Origin: Macrostomum hystrix
Lineage: Eukaryota; Animalia; Platyhelminthes
Assembly: GCA_950097015.1 (NCBI GenBank)
Contig: CATNEN010000029.1
Span: forward strand, 4,340,001 to 4,404,000
Direction of reading: 5' to 3'
Length of the DNA: 64,000 bases
The notes under the pieces: generated by a model
The model's database searches: none
Told to the model about the DNA's origin: nothing
Seen by the model: the letters and a program-made list of their open reading frames with translations, nothing else
Shown: in pieces, positions 1 through 9,300 of the stretch
Position numbering within the stretch: the first letter of the stretch is position 1
Layout of the letters: the number at the start of each line of letters is the position of its first letter
Made by a program: the position numbers and the translations under genes

Positions 1-2137
1 CTTTTCTGGTGATCGGATATCTCTTTTCAGAATCTTTCATAGCTCGGCTAAAGTACGCAATCGGCCTTTCAGTGCCGTCGGACTGTATCTGTCCAAGACA
101 GGCGCCGATTCGATTGTCGCTAGCATCGACATCTAGGACCATTCGTACTTTTTCATTCTCAGAAAACTCTGGATAGGCAAGCACTTCAGTGGACATTAAC
201 TTTTGCTTTAATAGTTCAAATGACTCCGTATGTACTTTAGTCCATTTTTCTTTGAAATTCTGCACTCCCTTCTTAGTTAATTGAAATAACGGGTGTGCGG
301 CATCAGCATAATTCTTAACAAATCGGCAATAGTAATTGCACAATCCAAGGAAGCTTCTTAATTCTTTAACATCTTTAGGCACTGGCCATGTTTTAATAGC
401 TTCAATCTTTGCCGGGTCTGTTCTTATTCCATCGACTCCGACTACATGTCCTAAGTACTTTAATTCTTGCTGAAACAAGTTGCACTTTTTTGGTCTTAGC
501 TTCAATCCAGCTGTTATCAATCTTTGAAATACTTCTTTCAGATGACTGAGATGTTCTTCAAAAGTCTTAGAGTAAGTCACTATGTCATCAATGTAAGACA
601 TGGCAAACTTATGCTGAATGCCAGTCAGGACTAGGTTCATCAGTCTTTGAAAAGTACCGGGCGCATTAGACAGTCCTTGCGCCATGACTTGATATTCAAA
701 TTGGCCTCTCGTTAACGTAGAAAATGCTGTCATGTACTTGTGTTCCTCCTTTATGGGAACTTGCCAATAGCCCGAATTAAGGTCAAGGCTGCTGAAGTAC
801 TGGCTTCCGGTTAGATGTGAGAATGTCTCCTGGATGTTCGGTAGAGGATATGGATAATAATTCACTCTTGAGTTTAGAACTCGAAAATCACTGACAATTC
901 TGATGGTTCCATCCTTCTTAGGTACGATGACCAATGGTGTTGAATAAGTACTATAGCTTGGTCTTATCAAGTTCTTAGCGAGCATGTCGTCTAATTGATC
1001 ATCCACTTGTTTTTGCAAATGCGGCGGAATCCGTCTGGTAGGAATTCGAACCGGTGTGGTGTCTCTCAATGAGATTTCGTGGGTCACCAAGTGGGTCAGA
1101 CCCATTTCTTGACTGGTCTGAGAGAATGCTTCTCTGTGTTCTTTTACCAGCTCGATAACTTGGTCTTTCTGTTTATTAGTCAGATTTTCTCCTAGATTGA
1201 TCTCAGTGATCCAATCTTCTTGGCTTAATTGCTCGCATTTCGCAGTCTTCACATGTCCATTGGGTTTGACTTTTTCTGCTTGTTCTTGCTCGGCATAGTA
1301 AGTTAAATCTTTAGCTTGCAATGGTTTGGCAAATCCGATAATCGTAGATCTCGATAGCGTTATGTCGTCACTCTGCTTATTAATGACTTCAATGACTCCT
1401 ATTCCATTATTCATGGTTACTAGAGTCGGTATTACATCCAAAGTTCCTTTCTTAGTGTTGATCTGTCCTCTGATTGGTTCAATAGTCATTGGCGTGCCAT
1501 GATTGGCTTCGGCATTTTTCGGCAATTTAACAGAAATTCTAAGTGCACTATTAGCTGGCACAATTACTTTTTCAGAGCAATATACTCGACAAACACGAAC
1601 TGGCAATTTAGTAAATTGAATTGGAATGCACATATTACTTCTTAGTACAAGCATGCCTGTGGCAAAGTTAATATTATTGCAATAATCTTGGAAAAATTCC
1701 ATTCCTAGGATATCGTCACAGTCGTGATGGCACAAGAGAAATTCGGTCTCGATTTCAACTTCTCCAAATTTTACTTTAACAGTTACTTCTCCTGCAATCT
1801 TTACAGTTGCTCCATCAAACGTGGTCACTCTTCGATTGCTTGGCTCAATTTCATTGTCTTTAACCATCTTCTTCCAGGAGTTCTTTCCTAGGAAGTTATG
1901 TCCTGCACCAGTGTCTAGCAAAAATGTTACTTTCTGATTCCGAATCTCGCCTTTCACAACTGCTTCACGACCTTTCTTCTCTGCACTAGATTCAGTTTGT
2001 ACTTTCTCAGAGCTTACATTATCATTTACATTAGGTTTCTGCTTATTACTTGCCAGTTTAATTGAGGCCTGAGTTTCGCTGGCTGTACTTTTAGAGGGGC
2101 GTGGCCTCGCATCTCGTCCCTCACGAATCAGTTTCCC
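1..2137 (-). CDS. pol: Ty3/gypsy Pol (aspartic protease - spacer - reverse transcriptase - start of RNase H), expressed by -1 frameshift from gag; continues beyond window start
   Basis: Manual translation gives one open frame from 2137 to 1. Motifs: FLLDTGAGHNF protease (DTG 1915-1907), LDLNSGYWQVP, QGLSNAPGTFQR, YIDD (595-584), RNase H VLDVDASDNRIGACLGQ...PIAYFSR. Absent from the ORF track, probably because it runs off the window edge. Confidence 0.95.
2064..2137 (-). promoter_or_regulatory. -1 programmed ribosomal frameshift signal (G GGA AAC slippery site plus downstream structure)
   Basis: gag ends CAG GGA AAC TGA; pol is in the -1 frame; a pseudoknot can be drawn 8 nt downstream. Confidence 0.8.
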
Positions 2138-3147
2138 TGATTCTGCGCCTGCGGCTGGTTCTGCCGAGGAGCTCTGCAGTGTTTCGCGATGTGTCCTGTC
2201 TTACGGCAATTGTAGCAAGTTAGTGGGGGTCTCGCCTGCTGCTGCTGGGACTGCCACTGCGTCTGCTGATGCTGCTGTTGGTATTGCTGCCGTGACGGTC
2301 GCTGATAATGCTGCTGCTGATATTGCGGCTGCTGATATGGCTGACGCTGTTGGTACTGTTGGTGTTGCTGAACACTTGGCCGGTACGATTTTGCAGCTTG
2401 AGCATAGGTTTGTTGTTGCTGTTTGTTGGCCATCAGTTCTTGTAGTGTTTTCTTCTGCAATTCGAGCTGAGCTTGCTGCTGTCTAATGACTTCCTCCAGT
2501 CGATCTTGTTCGTTTCGTCTTCGCTCGAGTTCTTCCTCGCCTTTGGCCATTCTCATGCCGATGTTCCGATGAGTCATATTCCATGCAGCTTCCATCCGTC
2601 TTAACATTCGTCTGGCCTCCTGTAGGTTAGCAGGCTGAGCAAAGATCAATTTCTCTCGCGTTTCAGCGGATATTCTTACTCCTTTAATAAACTGTTCCAC
2701 GATCTCTTCTTCCTTCTGTTCCATATTCATGTTTGGAAAAGCTCTAGCAGCTAATTCAATCAGACAATCAGAGAAGGTTTCGACTGACTCATTCTTACTC
2801 TGCATTCGTCCTCTGAATTCTTCACGGAATTCGGCGGAACTGCCGATTCTTCCGAATCGTTCAATTAATCTGTCTTTAAATTCTTCATATTCCAAATCAT
2901 CTGGAAGATTCAATCTTTGCACTGCGGCAAAAGCTGTGGTTAGGTCTAAATTGGCCAACAATTCTTGCTTTCTATTGTCTTCCTCAATACCTTCTGCTTC
3001 ACAGCGTTGATCAAAGGCGGTAAGCCAGATTCTGATATCTTGTCCAGGTGTGAACTTTTGAATTTTTACATGACGCATAGGTCCAATCTCGAGTCGATTT
3101 CTCAACTCTTCTGCCAACATAGCGATTGCATCTTGTGCTTGGTTCAT
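2128..3147 (-). CDS. gag: Ty3/gypsy Gag, 339 aa (capsid-like domain, Q-rich linker, CCHC zinc knuckle)
   Basis: Capsid-type motifs FREEFRGRMQSKNESVETFSDCL and IVEQFIKGV; zinc knuckle CYNCRKTGHIAKHC; directly upstream of pol. Confidence 0.93.
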   Translation of the reverse strand: MNQAQDAIAMLAEELRNRLEIGPMRHVKIQKFTPGQDIRIWLTAFDQRCEAEGIEEDNRKQELLANLDLTTAFAAVQRLNLPDDLEYEEFKDRLIERFGRIGSSAEFREEFRGRMQSKNESVETFSDCLIELAARAFPNMNMEQKEEEIVEQFIKGVRISAETREKLIFAQPANLQEARRMLRRMEAAWNMTHRNIGMRMAKGEEELERRRNEQDRLEEVIRQQQAQLELQKKTLQELMANKQQQQTYAQAAKSYRPSVQQHQQYQQRQPYQQPQYQQQHYQRPSRQQYQQQHQQTQWQSQQQQARPPLTCYNCRKTGHIAKHCRAPRQNQPQAQNQGN

Positions 3148-3170
3148 TTTGCGCTGTTTCTAGATCCTTT

Positions 3171-3183
3171 ACCGCTGCCACCA
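3171..3183 (-). promoter_or_regulatory. Primer binding site, tRNA-Leu type (TGGTGGCAGCGGT)
   Basis: Plus strand ACCGCTGCCACCA equals the 3' end of animal tRNA-Leu(AAG/TAG) plus CCA. Two further degenerate copies at 3229-3236 and 3264-3276. Confidence 0.75.
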
Positions 3184-3280
3184 AAGTTGTCCTAGGGCTC
3201 TTACTAAATTCAATATTACTCCTAACAATGCCACCAAAGTTGTTGTAGGGCTAAATTAATTCTACTGCTGTCACCAAAGT

Positions 3281-3963
3281 TGTTACAGGCCTTTTATACT
3301 TTTGTCAATCTTATGAATGTCTTTTAATTATTCGCTTTATCTAAATTCAAATTGGTAGCGTTATATATTCAAATATGGTAGCGTTATGTATTCAATCTGG
3401 TAGCGTTATACTTTTAGTATGGCCGGTATCTTTCCTCTATATTTCCTTCTGCTTATAACTTTACTGCATTATTTCTATAAGTACTTTTTATCCGTCTTTA
3501 TCAGTCTTTTATCCGTCTTTATCCGTCTTTTATCCGTCTTTAATTATCATTCAGTTAACCTTCAATTCAATCTTCAGTTCAGTCTTCAATTTCAATCTTC
3601 AGTCCGTTTCATAGGGCTTTCCAGTGGATCTAGAGTTACAGCTTTCTATTCACTCTATTTACTTCTCTTTCGCAATGTCTCTTTTTCTCAAATAACTTTA
3701 ACACGAACACTTCACATTCAAGCTTTCTTTATTCTGAACTTCGTCAGGCACGAGGTTGCTTTTCTCTCTCTTTCACTCGTGTATTTATAGTAAAACTTCT
3801 CCCCTCACATCCGTGACTTCAGTAAAACCTTTATTTTTCGGTGCAGTTAAACAAAATTTGGTGCATTAAAACAAAGTTTCGTAAAGTAAAACAAAATAAT
3901 AAATTTGCGCGGGAAAATGTTTCTAAGAATTGTAACGTGTAATAATTGAAAAATAATCCTACA
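3281..3963 (-). repeat. 5' LTR (inner boundary 3281, or 3244 if the TGTAGG/CCTACA inverted ends are used)
   Basis: On the minus strand it starts TGTAGG (3963) and ends ...ACA next to a PBS-like motif. TATAAATA at 3789-3782 and AATAAA at 3733-3728. The second LTR is outside the window, so boundaries are inferred. Confidence 0.65.
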
Positions 3964-4940
3964 TCATTATCTTTTAATAGCTATTTGAGTTAATGGGGCC
4001 AATGTATATGCAGATTATATTTTGTTTCATGCTTCAAGGAAATATATTTAAGTATATTAGTATATTTCTTTATGCCTAGTATCAAATCATAGTGTGTTTA
4101 CCTGGTTGATAAGGTGTCTACTTGTATTTTAGATTTATTCTAAAAACTCTTCTTATAATGCTTGCAGCTGAAGACTTGATTGTATTCTATGTGGTTGGCT
4201 TAATTATGGGATTAGAACACACATGCACAACACCCAGCCAACCTGGCCGAACTGGCCGGGTGAAACAAGGGCCAAGCAAGGTAAGTTGCAAAAACCAATC
4301 GACCAAGCGCATAAAAATCAAAGGGGGGACCAAGGGACAAAAAAAGGAAGGCCTGAAGAAAAGGAAAAAGGGGAGAGAAAAAGAGAGCAAACTAAGTCAT
4401 AAATGTCGCATGGCCAGCTAAGATTTGGGAGGTTGCACATGTATGGGATTAGAATGAGGTAAAATTGGATACCTGATTTACTGGCTTACAAGTAAAGAAT
4501 TGTAGCAAGTGTGAAAATTCATATATAGTGTTATTTAACAGTTTATATAAGCATGCAAAAAGCATAGCGTGATTTGCAATTCATGTAGTGTAAGTTCAAA
4601 CCTTGGCTTAGTCATTGGGCTGGCTGGAGTCTTGTACCAACCTCAGCTAAACAGACCAGGTAGATTAGATGCAGGTGCACTAGTCTGGCTATCACAAGCT
4701 GTAATATATGCAGTTTATAAATAAGACCAACAGCTTAGTAGTTAAGTTGGGAATTTTTTTGTAATATACCCTTACATCAATGCATTGATTTACTTTCAGC
4801 TGAATTTATTTCTTGTCTATTATAATATAAATCAGCTTTTTCGAGAGCTATAAAACTTTTTTGTCAACTTCACCTTTTAGGCTGATGCAGGTTTAAATTA
4901 GACATTTTCCTCAATTACAGATCCCAAGCCAAGTAGCAAA

Positions 4941-5219
4941 ATGACGTCCCCAGCCAGACGCCGCCTTGTTCGCGACTTCAAGCGCCTTCAGGAGGACCCG
5001 CCAGCTGGTGTCTCTGGTGCGCCCTGCGAGACAAACATTCTGCACTGGAACTGCTTGATCTTCGGCCCGCAGGATACGCCATTTGAGGATGGCACCTTTC
5101 AGTTGGTAATGGACTTTAGCGAGGATTATCCCAATAAGCCGCCTGTTGTACGTTTTGTATCGAAAATGTTCCATCCCAATGTATATGCCGATGGCAGCAT
5201 CTGCTTGGACATACTGCAG
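4941..5219 (+). CDS. UBE2A: Ubiquitin-conjugating enzyme E2 Rad6/UBE2A-B, exon 1 (aa 1-93)
   Basis: [21 protein letters not shown]...[16 protein letters not shown] with the catalytic Cys; donor CAG|GTGAGC at 5219/5220, phase 0. Confidence 0.97.
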
Positions 5220-5536
5220 GTGAGCGCAATCGTTACTGAGTGCTTACTGTTCGCTAAAATAATTTGATCTTCTAGACCCTTTTTGGAACTTAGAACACCA
5301 TTGCGTCCGATAGCATATAGCCCAGTGGTTTTAGCTTTAGCTTCTATCTCAGCCCAAGAGACACTTGATACTTTGCTGGGATTTGAATTCGTGCAGTTGT
5401 GGCGGCCCCTTCCAGTCTATGGACTGTACAGCTGTACGACTTTACATACGTAGAAGCACCGTGCAATAGCTTCGGGTTTGCCGCTGGCTGTAAATGTGGC
5501 CCAATCGGGTTAGTTGCTATTTCTATCTATCTAACT

Positions 5537-6316
5537 AATAGATGCCTAGTTTGTTATAATGAGCACCCAATGGATGCCCAGTTTGTTATAATGAACACCC
5601 AATAGATGCCCAGTCTGTTATAATGAGCACCCAATAGATGCCCAGTTTGTTATAATGAGCACCCAATAGATGCCCAGTCTGTTATAATGAGCACCCAATA
5701 GATGCCCAGTTTGTTATAATTAGCATCCAATAGACGCCCAGTCTGTTATAATGAGCACCCAATAGATGCCCAGTTTGTTATAATGAGCATCCAATAGATG
5801 CCCAGTCTGTTATAATGAGCACCCAATAGATGCCCAGTTTGTTATAATGAGCACCCAATAGATGCCCAGTTTGTTATAATGAGCACCCATTAGATGCCCA
5901 GTTTGTTATAATGAGCACCCAATAGATGCCCAGTCTGTTATAATGAGCACCCAATAGATGCCCAGTTTGTTATAATGAGCACCCAATAGATGCCCAGTTT
6001 GTTATAATGAGCACCCAATAGATGCCCAGTCTGTTATAATGAGCACCCATTAGATGCCCAGTCTGTTATAATGAGCACCCATTAGATGCCCAGTTTGTTA
6101 TAATGAGCACCCATTAGATGCCCAGTTTGTTATAATGAGCACCCAATAGATGCCCAGTCTGTTATAATGAGCACCCAATAGATGCCCAGTTTGTTATAAT
6201 GAGCACCCAATAGATGCCCAGTTTGTTATAATGAGCACCCAATAGATGCCCAGTCTGTTATAATGAGCACCCAATAGATGCCAAGTTTGTTATAATGAGC
6301 ACCAATTAAATGCCCA
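5537..6316. repeat. 32-bp minisatellite (TAGATGCCCAGTTTGTTATAATGAGCACCCAA), ~24 copies, Rad6 intron
   Basis: Directly visible; the same unit resumes at 11641-11720. Confidence 0.97.
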
Positions 6317-9300
6317 TATGAAAAATTTGGCATCTTTGCCTCAATGGAGTCACCGTCCCATGATTCGCTATCCAAAACTCCAACATACCAGTCCGCCTAC
6401 TTTCTGCTCCTTGGACCTACGGCTTCTGCGGCTTTCCCGGCCCGCCTGAAGCCCGACATTGTCAAGTTCATTGTCAAGCATTCGAGCTGGACTGGTCCCA
6501 TAGTGCCACACTGCGAAGTCATTAATTGTCACCAACTTTGAAGACCCGATTCAGTAGCAGGTCTTCCTGGTCGCCCTCGTGGTCGGTGATGTCCCTAATT
6601 GGCGGCTGGCCGAAAAGTTCTTTCGCCGCACCGAAAATCTTGCTGGCAGGGGCTTCGTCGGCCGAATCGTCACCAATGACACGCACAACCGTGTCAACGG
6701 CACCTTTGGCGACTGCCCTACCCGCACGTTTGGCAATGCGGCGGGCTCTAGGGGCCGTCGCGGAGGTCGCCTGCAGCTGTCGCACACGTTTAGGCAGCCC
6801 CAACTTCTGCCGGGCGGTTTCGCCGCAGCGGGTAAATGCTCTGTGCCGAACTCCACTATCATACTTGACACCGGCGTGCTGCAGTCAGAGCTTGGCGGCA
6901 CCCAGTTTGCCGGGATTGGCCTTCGCGGAGACATAAGCGGACGAGCTGCGGCCCGATAGGCTGTTGTGTGTGAGTTCGTTGTTCGTAAACAACGCTCTAA
7001 ACAACGTCCTCATGACGTCTAAACGGGCCGATCGCTGGGCCAGAAGGCGTGCCTGTACGTCGACTGGTTCGTCAATCTCGACAGGTATCTGCAGCGACTG
7101 CTGTAAGTCGCGCAAGCGATTGTCAAGTGACGCACGAAGCTCTTCACCGACGGCATGCTGTCAGATAGCGCCGTTATTCCGACTGTGTGACTGTGTGCAA
7201 ACGATGGTCCGGCCTCGGAGGCTGTTTCGCTCACATTCAAGAGGCTTCGGGTCTGCGACGCCGACAGCTCGCAATGGACGGGAAAAATGATAGACTCTTC
7301 ATCGTCCATCTGCACGTCGTCGTCGGGGCTGTCAACTCCGAAATTTTCGACGTCTTCAGGAGAAGTCGCGACAGCCCGATGAGCAGCTGCGAGGTTAGGC
7401 ATCAGGCAATCAGAGGCATGGATAATGTGCGCGTTAGCGGCCTTCACATTACGTTCCAGGTTTAGAAGCTTAGAACGCTTCAGTTCTAGATCGTGAACCA
7501 TGCACTGCGGTGCAAAAAAGGTCCACACAAGGTCCAAATTGTAAGGTCCACAGCGTCGATTTTTGGACCTCTGAAGGTCCCTTTTTAAAAAAGGTCCAAT
7601 TTTTAAGGTCCCTTTTTGAGGTCCAAATTGCAAGGTCCGCAGCGTCGATATTTTTGGACCTCCGAAGGTCCCTTTTTTTTAAAAAAAGGTCCAATTTTTA
7701 GGTCCATTTTCAAAAAGGTCTAATTTTTGAGGTCCAAATTGCAAGGTCCGCAGCGTCAATATTTTTGGACCTCCAAAGGTCCATTTTAAAAAAGGGTCCG
7801 CTTTTTAGGGTCCAAATTGTTAGAAAAATGTCCAAATTGTTAGGCCCACAGCGTCGATTTTTGGACCTCTGAAAGACCATTTCTCTCTTTAAAAAATATG
7901 CATTTTTAGATCCAAATTAAAAGGTCCATTTTAGAGGGGTCCGAGCTATAAGGATTGCAATCATTGCATGCCCTTTTGGAGGGTCGATTTCATGAATTAA
8001 TAAAGGAAGTCACTGAAGGCCAAGAATGTTTTCTGTAATATTAACAACTCATCACTTGCAAGTAATGAGTTGCATATAAAATATAATGTACACATTATAA
8101 ACGTCTTTACGCCAGCAATAATAAAGTAAAAAAGCTCTAGCATGCATACATGAAAAGCAGAGGCAAACAGTTTCCATTTTGATGTGCAAAAAAAGTTAAC
8201 GAAACACACCTTGTATAGCATAGAAGACTGGACAAAATTCCACAGAAAGCCACAATATAGAACACACAAAAAGTAAAAGTGCACGAACACCCCGGGTGCG
8301 ATTTGACAACTTTCCAACAAGGATTTAAACAGACTTTATGATGTGGCAAATGGATACCCATTGAATTAAATGTTTGTTTTGTGCACCATTCATTTTTTTA
8401 TCTCACCGACAGAAAAACTGCAAAGTGCAAAAATGCATTCTCATTTCTAAAAATGCTAATCCAACATTTGGAACGCAAAATGGACTAAATAAACTATGAT
8501 ATTGTGTCTGCAAAAATACACCATTTCCATAATTCCATTATACCATTTCCATAAGTCCATTATACCATTTCCATAATTCCATTATCTATCCTGTAGGAAT
8601 ATCTTATATCTAGGGATAAAACTACTCGAGCACAAGAAAGTCAGATAGCTTAACTAATCGGTTTTTGAAAATGAAGGCAATACAACTACAGAAAAGATGC
8701 AATAACAGTCTTGGCGGAGCTACGTGAAACAGCAGACCGGCTGCGCAGCTTGGTCAGAACCTCAATCGTCTCGAGGAATGGTTCCAGGAAGGGGACATGC
8801 TGTAGGTTGAAAGCAACATACACGATGATGAAGACAATGACGGTATCCGCTGCATTATCAAACACCAGGGTAGCGCCATTGACAGAAACGCCGGACCACT
8901 TGCTGTTCTCGTCTCGAACAATTCTTATGGGAAGACCATCGCAAAAAATCTTCTCGGCATCAATCTTCAGCCGACCAAGAAGAAGACAGACTGCAGCACA
9001 CAATTTTTCGTCATCAGAGTCGACGGCATCCACATATTTTTTTGCAGAACTTGTAGTTTTTTAGGTGTTTTCTATTGTTGTATATTTTCATCAGCGCTGC
9101 CGTAATGTTAGTCCGAATCTCATTTGGACCTGATGCACAAATATAGTCTGTCTTGCTTTTATTGTACTCCTTAATCGAATGAGCCTCTTGAAGAATGACA
9201 GGCAATAAAGTTAGCGGTCGGTAAAGTTCAACTTCCTCGGCAATCGTTTTATCCTGGCATCCTTGATGTTAAAAAGTTACAATTATTGATACATGGCTCA

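Larger units (their letters stand above)
1..3963 (-). mobile_element. Ty3/gypsy LTR retrotransposon, 5' part (LTR-PBS-gag-pol), apparently intact
   Basis: LTR-like region, PBS, uninterrupted gag and pol, PR-RT-RH domain order typical of Ty3/gypsy. Confidence 0.92.

Noticed and set aside
4233-4628. Possible MITE upstream of Rad6 (CCCAGCCAACC ... GGCTGGCTGGA)
   Set aside because: Only 9 of 11 TIR positions match, and there is no TSD or second copy.
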